Shown: piece by piece, positions 51,708-63,202 of the stretch
Layout: every line of letters starts with the position of its first letter
Numbering within the stretch: position 1 is the stretch's first letter
DNA from: Antedon mediterranea
Taxonomy: Eukaryota > Animalia > Echinodermata
Direction: 5' to 3'
Length of the DNA: 64,000 bases
Assembly (NCBI RefSeq): GCF_964355755.1
Contig: NC_092670.1
Coordinates: 5,694,201 to 5,758,200, forward strand
Translations under genes and position numbers: made by a program
Notes under the pieces: model-generated
Seen by the model: the letters and a program-made list of their open reading frames with translations, nothing else
Database searches by the model: none
What the model was told of the DNA's origin: nothing

Positions 51708-52795
51708 CTAGGGGCCATATAGTGCATAATATAGAAGACACCACTTTACACTTCCTTTTTACTTACAGTATTTCAAAAGTTATTGCATTAAAAAACTAAT
51801 CCTCGTCTGCTATTACTAACACAAATTTTAGTAACGCTGACAGGCAACAAACTGATGTCAAGCACTAACAAACACTTCAAATTGAAAAACCTATAAAAAA
51901 AAATGAAAAAAATTGTATACATTAAATAACTGATTGGAAATAACAATTGGTATCAAATCAAAAACAAATTTTAGATTTTTGAGTAAATAATTACTGACAT
52001 AAGAAGAGCACATTTAAAGTACCATAACGGTAGCTGCAGTCATTTGTACCAAACCACTAAAAATAAAATATTTCTTTATCTTAAACATTTTAATTTTCAT
52101 ACTTCAGACCGGTGCTAAAAAACAACAAAGGCTAGCAAATACATATACTGTACATCATTAACAGACTAAACCTATTTTAATACACAATACATTTTACATC
52201 AACAACAGCATAAATGACAAATATCATGTTAAATAAACCATTTAGTATAACAAAACTAGGGGCCATATAGTGCATAACATAGAAGACACCACTTTACACT
52301 TCCTTTTTACTTACAGTATTTCAAAAGTTATTGCATTAAAAAACTAATCCTCGTCTGCTATTACTAACACAAATTTTAGTAACACTGACAGGCAACAAAC
52401 TGATGTCAAGCACTAACAAACACTTCAAATTGAATAATCTAAAGAAAAAAAAAAAAAAAATTGTATACATTAGATAATTGATTGGTAATAACAATTGGTA
52501 TCAAATCAAAAACAAATTTTAGAATTTTGAGTAAATAATTACTGACATAAGAAGAGAACATTTAAAGTACCATAATGGTAGCTGCAGTCATTTGTACCAA
52601 ACCACTAAAAATAAAATATTTCTTTATCTTAAACATTTTAATTTTCATACTTCAGACCGGTGCTAAAAAACAACAAAGGCTAGCAAATACATATACATCA
52701 TTAACAGACTAAACCTATTTTAATACACAAGACATTTTACATCAACAACAGCATAAATGACAAATATCATGTTAAATAAATAATTTAGTATAACA
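51708..52795. repeat. Tandem duplication of a ~550-bp unit
   Basis: TAGGGGCCATATAGTGCATAA... begins at ~51709 and again at ~52257; near-identical throughout. Confidence 0.92.
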
Positions 52796-53650
52796 CAACA
52801 AAACCCTAGGCCTAAATCAGCATCACTACCTAGTCTAGACCTAAAAATATTACTTAGAACATAAACCTACAGTACATGTAATATGATGATGAATTTGTCG
52901 ATTTTCATTCTTAAAAGTTAACAAAAACTGCGAAAACCATGTACAGTATCAACAGTAACATTTTTGTTGCATTGACAATGACATTGACAAAATATATTAC
53001 AATTTAACGTAATTTTCAATTTTCACCCAAAAATGCATTAAATATACGCATTTATATTGAGTTTTAGCCCTCTATTATTATGATTGCTCTTTTACCGCTC
53101 CATAGAAACAAGAACATGGCATATGCGAAATTCACAAACCAATATGCGAGAAACACGTCTGTAAATTCATCAATTTAAAGGATTTATTTGTTACTTTTTG
53201 TGTGTTCTTCTTCGTAAAAGTATTTTTGAGACCTAATTCTAAGGTGTAGTAATTACGATAAAATTTTGATTCAAAATAAATGACAGGTGCGAAACGGAAC
53301 TAGCGCCATTATTATTCCCTTCTCAGTACGGCTGTCCTAGACCTACACTGTACAACCAAGTTACTACTACTAGCCTACCCTATAACTGTACTACTACTAA
53401 ACCTAGACCTAGCTAGCTACTATAGCAGGACCAAAATGCTTAGCCTAGCTAGCTAGTTAGGGGCCAGAGGCCTACTACACCTAGCTAGCCTAACTATCCT
53501 AGCTATGCTAGAGAGGGTACCTGACAAGTTCCAGTACCCACACACCTGATACTGTGTTTACTTATGAAAATGTACAAAAAATACACCAATCAAATAATTT
53601 TGACCTATACCCTGTAGTATAGGCTAGGCCTATAGGCTAGGCTATTAGTA

Positions 53651-54467
53651 GGGTGCAGATCAAGTCGGCCCCAAACCGTCTCGGCCAAAGTCAAGTCGGC
53701 CTCAAGTCAACTCGGCCTCAAGTCAACTCGGCCTCACGTCAACTCGGCCAAAAACTAATCGGTCAACTCGGCCACAACAAAGTATGGAACGCAAAAAGTG
53801 CTTAATATTATTACGATTCTTACTATCCACGTTTTAAAAAAAATGAAGAAATAAAAAATATAATATCATATAAAAAAATGAACTCATTGCCGATATGAAT
53901 AGAAGTACCCGCGTGTTACAAAAAACACGTGCAGGTACCGTATTTTAGGAAATCGAAGACGGAGGCCTACGTTCCACCATTTGGCCATAGAAAAAATGAT
54001 CGTACATCGTTTTTGTGCATGATTTGCGTTTTAAAAAAAGGGGAATCCCCCGGTCAGCGAAAACACGTAGCAGTTGTAACTTGTAGATATCGAAAAAGCT
54101 GGCAAACGCACAAGGAGGCTCAGCTACGAAATTTTATTAAACGTAAATAAAGGAAAGTTGGTGAAATCATTCCTATTTTTTTTGCCAAATATATTATTGT
54201 CTAAATAATAATATTCATTAAAAGTCAGAATTATTCATAGTTAAAAAATTGTGAAGAAATATTATTTTATCAATCCCCTTTATTTGCACTTTTTGCGTTC
54301 CATACTTTAATGGGCCGAGTTGACCGATTATTCTTTGGCCGAGTTGACTTGCGGCCGAGTTGACTTGCGGCCGAGTTGACTTGCGGCCGAGTTGACTTGG
54401 GGCCGACTTGACTTGGGGCCGACTTGACTTTGGCCGAGACGGTTTAGGGCCGACTTGGATCGAAAAC
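53651..54467. mobile_element. Foldback-type non-autonomous DNA transposon with subterminal 16-bp repeats (TU/Rehavkus-MULE-like)
   Basis: Inverted arms built of AAGTCAACTCGGCC(TC/GC) repeats; inner IR AAGTATGGAACGCAAAAAGTGC; TSD TATTAGTA (53643-53650 and 54468-54475; 9 bp if the flanking C is counted). Confidence 0.8.
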
Positions 54468-55551
54468 TATTAGTATAATAATTACTACTAGCCTACTACT
54501 ACTAGACTAGAGGTCCTAAAGGCCTATCTAGGGTATATAGCCTACTGTATGTAGGGCAAAAAAAAATACTAATTCTTCCATAAACATCGCTTCTAAAGAG
54601 TAAAACCAGTAATTATGTGAGGTCAAGTTCAAAATCTATAAAATCTACACTAAAATTAATCAAAATATGTAAAATTAACCCAAAATTTGACTTTAATAAT
54701 TAGTTCTTAACTCTTACTTCGTTGTTTACAAAAATGGCCGCTGCACATGGATGGTGCTGATATGAGGCCTTCAAATACGAATACTAAAGAACCAAAATGG
54801 TACCCTGTTTTAGAAGTCAGACAATAGGTGGCGCAATATATAAAAACATGTTATTATTATTAAAAATCAGATGTTATAAAGTTTTTTAGACATAAAGAAG
54901 AAAATGAATATATTAGTATATTTAAAAAAAATTGTTTTTTAATTGAAAAAATTAGAACCGCACCCTTACTGGCCTAGCTAAACCTATACTAGACAATACA
55001 TTACTAGCTAGGCCTAGTACTAGTAGGCCTACTATATAATAGACTAGGCCTACTTAGTTAGTTATAGGCCTAGCTAGCTAGACTAGTGGCCTAGCTAGGG
55101 CCTAACCAATTAATACTAAACAGTATAATTATTGACTTAAATACACAACAGTTCACATTAAAACTTTGTTTGGCTCTTCTTACCTAGGCCCCCTAGGCCT
55201 ATTCTTATCAGCCAATTATTATAGCTTAGGCCTAGCCTAGTAGGCCTAAACTAGGCCTAGTTCAATCAATTTAATTCCAATTTCTGAACACATTAAATTG
55301 ATAACTTTGTTAAACGTGTACAAACAACTACACTAACAGTAACAATCTCCTGTTCTACAATTTGCATTTAAAACACTGTATCGGAAGTACACGGTTAAAA
55401 AGTAAAACTTGGCGAAACTATTTAATTATTATTTAGCAGAGTAATAATGGCTCTGTTTCACAGCATGGCCCCACAGTGCCCTCTCCAAACAACTAAAAAG
55501 TTAAAATTAATAAAAACTATAGAGGGCTCATGTCATCTCATATCACGTTTA

Positions 55552-55739
55552 AATGGTCTTTCACACCTGTTTCCGGCACCGTTCCGGTCCGGCGAATCGA
55601 ACATCAATGTTTCGTTTTCACGCGGCTATGCGCCAATCGATATGCACGTAGCCGCGTGAAAACGAAACATTGACGGACGTTCGATTGGATTTTCCGGCGC
55701 CGGACCGCAACCGTGCCGGAACAGGTGTGAAAGACCCCT
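55552..55739. mobile_element. ~190-bp fully palindromic MITE (possibly PIF/Harbinger-like)
   Basis: GGTCTTTCACACCTGTT...AACAGGTGTGAAAGACC; inner IR TCAATGTTTCGTTTTCACGCGGCTA / TAGCCGCGTGAAAACGAAACATTGA. TSD not clear. Confidence 0.7.
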
Positions 55740-56463
55740 GCCTTAAAACCAACCTTCTAGCAAACGATTTGCGGAAGCGAAAGCAAGCGACAAGTTTTTT
55801 GCTTTCTAATTTATTGAGGGCGTGCTACTCCATAAATCACAATGGCGCCACCCATTACCTTTACTCTATCATACAATGCCTTAGCTTTCTAAAGTGTTAC
55901 ACGCTTTGGACACACAGGAGATTCTTGTTCTTTGATGGATTGGAGGTTTATTTTATCCACCATACCTCAGCTCACACATTTCCTATGTCCTCCGTCTTTA
56001 ATTTGCCATGCACTTGTCGCCAAACATTAACATAAATACCCACAACAATTATATTTAATACAAGCCAAAGATCGTATCCCGCCACATAGTCGTCCTATAC
56101 AATTTTTTGGGAAAGCCATATACTCACTCATGCCAATTACCGCCATGCTGTATATGTATCGAAATTCACTTAAATATTAGAAACTAAACTCCCCGCAGAC
56201 AGTCTGCCACTTTCAAAACGAAGAAGGATAGACAACACCAAAAAAAAAATCCAATGGCAAAGCACAAAAACAATACTATAGTATTTTCGGACGGGAATTA
56301 CAAATACTGAATAGTAAAGATAACCTTTAATTTTAAATAATATCAACAATGTTGCCAAATAGTTTGGCAGAACAGAATGTTAACATGGGTTGGAAATGAT
56401 TGAAAATTCTGTGGGTTAAAATAACTTAAAAAATAAAACCACATCATATAACATCTTTATGAT

Positions 56464-57250
56464 AACAAGGCCAACAGCCATTAAGTCGCGTGCTACAATG
56501 CATAGCGATACCGGACCGACAAACATACCGACAGACCGACAAACCGACAGACAGACCGACCGACCGACATAGTGAACTATACTGACCGAAATTACTGAAC
56601 ATGTTTAAAAATGTTGAAATGTTTAAAAGCATTTATATTTTTTTAGCCTGTCACTTTTGACGTACTCGTATAACGTAATTTCGAGTTGAAAAGTAAGTCA
56701 AGAAAACTGAAATCGGGCAAAAAGAGTGCGCAACAACATTTAACGCGCAGTGCGCGCGCAAAAATATGCGCTCTCATGGCAATTTTGTAAACGCTTAAAA
56801 TTGCCTGAAACGTACTCTTATTTCATCGAAAATAAATTTTGAAAATTTTAAGCGCACGTACGCATGCGTTACATGCGCTACGCACGTAATTGTATTGCTA
56901 TATGATGATTTATGCCCTGAAATTTATGAGTAACAAATTTTATTTAATTGTGATTCATGGTTGTGAAGATATGATTACAAACGTGATTTCGTTAAATCGT
57001 GCGTAGACCTCGTAACTTTTTATTGCGCACCGTGAAAACATAACCACATTGATTCCTGGCCATAAGGAATATACTGTGAAAAATTGACCTAGCTAGATTA
57101 AAGTGATATCAAGATAAGGTCAGAAAGCGATAAAACGCATAGTGATACCGGACCGACAGACAGACAGACAGACAGACAGACCGACAGACAGACAGACCGA
57201 CCAACCGACCGACATAGTGGACTATAGAGTCGCTTCCACGCGACTAAAAA
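56464..57250 (-). mobile_element. Second-family HINE (DINE-1/pearl-like)
   Basis: On the minus strand: TTTTTAGTCGCGTGGAAGCGACT head hairpin, (GTCG/GTCT)n microsatellite, distal subTIR ACGCGACTTA and short hairpin-like end GGCTGTTGGCCTTGTT. Confidence 0.8.
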
Positions 57251-57995
57251 GAAACACAAATTTGTATACTTTTAACATGCGCCCTTCTGAGTGCTATGTA
57301 TATTTTTTATATTAATAAGAGAATAATTGAGAAATATACCATATACGCAATTAAAAATAAATATAATAAAATAACAATTGAAAAAAAATCGACAGATGTT
57401 CGCTTCATATTATATAAAACAATTTCTGTTTTTTTTATGTTTCACTGCATATGATAACTAGAACCTATTTTCACTCTCATGAAGACACCTCGATGAAAAG
57501 TGTTAAAAAATAATAACTGAATATTATTGTCTTTATATCAAAGGCATATAAATATATAAATGTGTTAAATTATTATAATACATTATGGTTCCATACAACT
57601 ACAATTGTCCAAGAATGATATATGATGTACTATCAAATTGGTTCCAACAAACCTAAAACGCAATATACTGTTTACAGTCAAATGTCTGGAATATGTCATC
57701 TGTCAACCATACACAACAACGAATCTCAAACTTTCCAATCCAAGGACATTTCCCACCAACATTATAACTCACTTTGCCTAGTAACCACATATATACCAAC
57801 AGAACCATATCTACAAGCCCCAGCTTTACAGAAACAACACCACGCCCATCATGTTAAACCTACACTTTATGTGGTGTACTGTAATTGACAAAAAACAGAC
57901 AAAAGCATGCACTAAAACCATTATTAAAATCATAACGACAAACTCTTTACTTGTTCGAATTTTCTAACGTACGACGTTATATAAGTACATTATAC

Positions 57996-58070
57996 ACATT
58001 GATGGTTTAATGGTTAAGACATCTGCATATCAAGCAGAATATTCCAGATTCAAGTCTCGGTTTTATTGCA
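57996..58070 (+). other. Degenerate tRNA-derived (SINE-head-like) sequence; second copy near 60185-60260
   Basis: A-box-like TGGTTTAATGG, anticodon-like stem TCTGC-ATATCAA-GCAGA, B-box-like GATTCAAGTC; no good acceptor stem. Confidence 0.5.
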
Positions 58071-58158
58071 ACTCGACTTCATAATCTAAATTCATCTTAA
58101 AACACAATTGCGATATATGAACGGCATTATATACAAATGTATATTACAAAAAACAGCA

Positions 58159-59200
58159 ATACAAGATACAAGATACAAGATACAAGATAACTTTATTGTC
58201 AAAATTGTTAACAGCTTTGAGATATGTTTTGTACCTGAGTAGAATAAATAATACGATGTGATAACTATATAAATAAATACAAATGATATAAGTGACTATC
58301 TTGAAAAGATTTTGTTAAATAAATTGCATGCTATGTACATTGGTGAAAATCTGAAACGGTTTGTGGATATTTTTTCCTGTCAGTTTAACCCTTCCTGATC
58401 TACTTATAATGACGTCTGAATGTAATGGGTGTGATGGGTCTTGCATAATTGTGTCAAATTTCTTAAGTATGAATATATTAAACATTTCATCTAAACATTT
58501 CACTTCTACACCGATAACTCTGCTGGCCTTGTTTACTAATCTCAATTAATTAATCAATTATTAATCCCAACTACTTATGACTTTCTACTATTTCAACAAT
58601 TTCATTATCGATTTCAATATTTACATGATTAGTTTTATTTTTCCTTCTAAAATCGACAATAGCCTCTTTAGTTTTTTTGGCATTTAGTTCAAGAAAATTT
58701 TGTTTACACCAGACTACAAAATGTTCAACATATTCATTAAACAGGGATGTATTATTATTTGAAATTAAACCAACTAGGCAAGTATCATCTGCAAACTTAA
58801 CATTGAATGATTTACCTGGGTCAATATCACTATAAAAATCGGAATATAATGAAAAAAGTAAGGGGGACAGAACGCATCCCTGTGGTGCACCTGTATTACA
58901 AGTTAACTGCTTAGATACGTTACCCCTAAACTTAACAATCTGTGTTCATTCATTTAAGAAATCAGAAATCCAGAGATTTAATAGTGGATTTATTCCTAAC
59001 TTTAATAATTTATCTGTAAGTAAATGAGGCTGAATTGTATTGAACACTGCAGAAAAATCTAAAAATAATATTCTAGCATAGTTATTTGGATATTCAAGAT
59101 GACCATACACCTTTTGCGTGAGCGTCATAACTGCGTCAACTATGCCCCTTTTTTCCCTATAAGCAAATTGGTTGCTATCAATCATACCCTTTGTCTCATT
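58159..59200 (-). pseudogene. 5'-truncated, degraded Rex1/Babar-like LINE
   Basis: QFAYR, ARILFLDFSAVFNTIQP, TGAPQGCVLSPLLF and KFADDTCLVGLI with frameshifts; AATAAA plus (TATCTTG)n tail at 58159-58197. Confidence 0.8.
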
Positions 59201-60921
59201 ATTTAATATATTTTTTATAATTACGATCCAGACATATAGAGTTACCCAAGAATAATATACAAAAGATAAAACAAAAATATTCTGCTTAGATTTTAGAATG
59301 TTATGCAATAACAAACATTTCTTGTAAAATATATACATATCTCAATATCTTGGTTCAGAAACTTCAGCTATGCTACAGTAAACAATGTGTGGAGAAAATA
59401 GTAGAACTGAATATTTATAACACTATACATAGACACAATTCAACACTATTCTGATTTATGACATACATAATGCATATATATTAATACACGTGCATTAAAA
59501 AAATCTTAACTCACAACATTTAAATACACTATAACTTTCATCAAGGCTCCTTGCTAATCAAAAAATAATCTAAGTCAATTAAATTATATTTTCCAAACTC
59601 CATTATCTAATTTTCAAATAATAATCGAAGTCAATTCAATTATTTTTTACCAACTCCATTATCTAATTTTCAAACAAACAGCAAAATCTATATACAACCT
59701 AAAAAATAATTGCAATCAACGACATATAATTTACATAAAATTATTAAAGCATTATGACACATCGATACTAGATTACGTTCCATACAACTACAATTGTCCA
59801 AGAATGATATATGATGTACTATCAAATTGGTTCCAACAAACCTAAAACGCAAATATACTGTTTACAGTCAAATGTCTGGAAAATGTCATCTGTCAACCAT
59901 ACACTACAACGAATCTCAAACTTTCCAATCCAAGGACAATTCCCACCAACATTATAACTCACTTTGCCTAGTAACCACATATATACCAACAGAACCATAT
60001 CTACAAGTCCCAGCTTTACAGAAACAACACCACGCCCATCATGTTAAACCTACACTTTATGTGGTGTACTGTAATTGACAAAAACAGACAAAAGCATGCA
60101 CTAAAACCATTATTAAAATCATAACGGCAAACTCTTTACTTGTTCGGATTTTCTAACGTACGACGTTATATAACATTATACACATTGATTGTTTAATGGT
60201 TAGGACATCTGCATATCAAGCAAGTAGATTCCAGAATCAAATCGCGGTTTCGTTGCAACTCGACTTCATTATCTAAATTTCAAACACAAAGCAAAATCTA
60301 AAATCATCCTAAAAACACAATTGCGATATATGAACGGCATTATACAAATGAATAATACTATAGCAGCAACACAAGATTACGTGGCCCAAGAATGATATAT
60401 GATGTACTATTAAATTGATTCCAAAGAAATCTAAAATACAATTGTTTACACTGTTACATTTATGATAATGTCATCTGCCCATCATACAAACCCACTTTGC
60501 CTGGTACGACACACTTTGTCCTTACATTTCAAACTTACATCAACTAAACAAAATTCACATCCCTCACCCCCACCTTCAGCACCAACAATAACACACTTTC
60601 AACATCCACAACTTCCAATTACAACCCGGGAACATATTATAAAAATATACACATCAATTTTTTCGACGGGCCAAACTATAATACATTTATAAAATATCTT
60701 ATTGTAATTATTAACAACAGAAAATTCTATTTCCAACTAACTAAGGAATTTAGTACACCAAATAAACGAGATCCATGATATGTCAAGCCCACCAACGTAT
60801 TATCCTAATAAATCAAAATATTAGAAGACCTTCAAGTTAAACAGAAGGTCTACAATCACGAATAAACATTCCCAATTCTTAAACTACTACACACTTTCAT
60901 CAAATATATGAAGCAGCAAAC

Positions 60922-61170
60922 ATGTCTTCATCAGTAGCCAAATTTTATATTGTCGAAGCATTTAAAACGCGCAAGCAAACGTCGAAAGACCGGAGTTTTA
61001 TTGTTGGTTCTATAATTAAAGAAAACGACCATAATGTTATATCGTGCTATATCAATAATATAAGCTCACCAGCAGCTATAACGCTATTGGCTACAGAAGC
61101 AAACACGAAGGTTTTTGTCACGCATACAGAAACAAAACCAAACATGGTTCGGCTTACAGAAAAATCAAAG
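60922..61170 (+). CDS. Coding exon 1 of a spliced gene, putative OB-fold/ssDNA-binding-like accessory protein
   Basis: ATG in good context (AAACATGT), 83 codons, ending exactly at a phase-0 donor AAG|GTATGT. Confidence 0.55.
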
Positions 61171-61542
61171 GTATGTTAAAAGAAACTTTAAAATATTTTA
61201 TAACTTACAACAAACTTTCAAATAAATAATATTTTTAATCCCACTATTATTAATATCATTTCTGTTTTATACTAGTACTACTGATGAAAATCATTACTAA
61301 TTTACTTTAATTTATTCGGTATTATTAGGTTAGAGTTACTTAAAAAAAAACAGTCATTCCACACCAGTAACACAAAATCCAAATATATGTTATTAATACT
61401 ATCCTTGACCTTCTTGTCATCACCTGGTTCAAAAAATATTAATTCTGTTTATTTTCGATAAAAAATAAAACCAATCATATTTCATACATATCTTAAATCT
61501 GCTTCAAAAAGTCTAGTTAAAAAAACCGAATATCTTATCTAT

Positions 61543-62906
61543 GGCAAGCCTCAGCTGTCTGAAGTATTCAAAATATTATATTATATCATTTGTTATTATA
61601 TTATATATTGCATTTTAATGAATTATACGTTTTGCATTATAATACTTGGTTTAAGCAGTATATTACATACAATTAATGTATCAGAATACATTATATTATA
61701 TCTATTTCTAATATTATTATGTGAAGAATGTAACAAATTATTGACGTTTTTAATTATATTATTGGTTTTAGCATTATATTATGAACATTTACTATTATAT
61801 TATTAATAAAATTCATTATATTATACAGTATATAATTGTATTATTAAACGCATTTACCTTACTTTATAACATAAAACATTATTATATTATACGTATTCGT
61901 TAGTTATATTATTATTTTGTTCATGTTCAAAACGACTGATTGAATACTTATACGTCACGACTTATTACACTTATTTAAACTCTTTCCCTCCCTCCCCCTG
62001 TTCACTAACAAGCAGCGGCAGAGTCTGAATTGTATGGCTATCAAGAATAACTAATTATCTTTATACTACGTTCTAATACTAGACTACGTAAATAGTTAAA
62101 CAATGACTACTACTAATTCTACAATACAATAACATTACTACAATAACTACTACTGCTACTACAACTAGGCCTGGTACAGTACTACTAGGCCTAGTGTTAG
62201 CTAGGCTCTAGGGCGTATGATGTTAGTACTACTAGGCTAGGCCTAGTAGTAGTCGTAGCAGTAGTACTTATTGTAGTACTATTGTATTGTAGTATAAACA
62301 GTAGCTATTGTGACCTGTCAAGTAGTCCTTGGCCACCATTGCCTAACTAGCTACCCAATACTGCGTAGTAAAAGATAACATAGTTATTATTCGATGAGCC
62401 ACACAATTCAGATTCTACCGCTGCTTGCTAGTGAATAGGCGGAGGGAGAGAAAGAGTGAAATAAACCGTGTATAAACGTATAATTATCAAATCATTCCCT
62501 TTGAACAGGAACAATAATATCATATAAATTAACAATATACGAATACGTATAATATAATAATGTTATATGTTATAAAGTAAGCTAGATGCGTTTAATATAA
62601 TACAATTATATTATAATGTAATTGTAATGAATTTTATTAATAATATAATAATAAATGTTCATAATATAATGCTAAAACCAAATAATATAATGCAAAACGT
62701 CATAATTTGTTAAAATGTTCACATAATATATTAGAAATAGATATAATATAATGTATTTTGATGCAACAATTTGTATAATATGATGCTAAAACCAAGTATT
62801 ATAATTATAATGCAAAAGTATAATTCATTAAATACAATATATAATAATATTAAAAAATGATAGAATAATATAATATTTCGAATACTTCAGACAGCTGAGG
62901 CTTCCC
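61543..62906. mobile_element. ~1.36-kb palindromic (foldback/MITE) element inside the intron, with an extra right terminus ending at 62992
   Basis: GGCAAGCCTCAGCTGTCTGAAGTATTC ... GAATACTTCAGACAGCTGAGGCTTCCC; the arms stay complementary for ~550 bp (e.g. 61981-62070 vs 62362-62458); flanked by AT on both sides. Confidence 0.8.
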
Positions 62907-63064
62907 ATATAATTCAGTACAATGGATACATATAATAAAAAGTGATATAATAATATAACATTTCGATTACTTCAAAACAGCTGAGGCTTGCCATATTATT
63001 ATTATCCATTCAACAATAATATATGAGCGTTCTTTATAAGATATTACTCTATATGATCTTTCAG

Positions 63065-63202
63065 GTCTACACAAACACAGCTAACTTCGATGTGGACATG
63101 CAAGCGGTCAGCAGATTTGTTAATCCTGAAAAGGTGTCGATTTCAGAGGCCAGGGGAAGCCCCCAAAAAAGGAGGCTTTCAATAGAGGGACCAGTCCTAG
63201 AA
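63065..63202 (+). CDS. Coding exon 2 of the same spliced gene (remaining exons presumably beyond the window)
   Basis: Acceptor CTTTCAG|G, 46 codons (VYTNT...RFVNPEKVSISEARGSPQKRRLSIEGPVLE), phase-0 donor GAA|GTAATT; in frame with exon 1 and GC-richer than its flanks. Confidence 0.6.

Larger units (their letters stand above)
57588..60350. repeat. Two ~560-bp direct repeats (57588-~58140 and 59777-~60350) with a diverged third start near 60385
   Basis: GTTCCATACAACTACAATTGTCCAAGAATG... is duplicated; explains the twin ORFs 57622-57888 and 59827-60078. Confidence 0.9.

Noticed and set aside
57996-58070. Functional tRNA gene
   Set aside because: Degenerate B box, non-canonical anticodon loop and no acceptor stem.
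57588-60350. LTR retrotransposon
   Set aside because: No TG..CA ends, PBS, PPT, gag or integrase; the internal RT is a Rex1-like LINE fragment.
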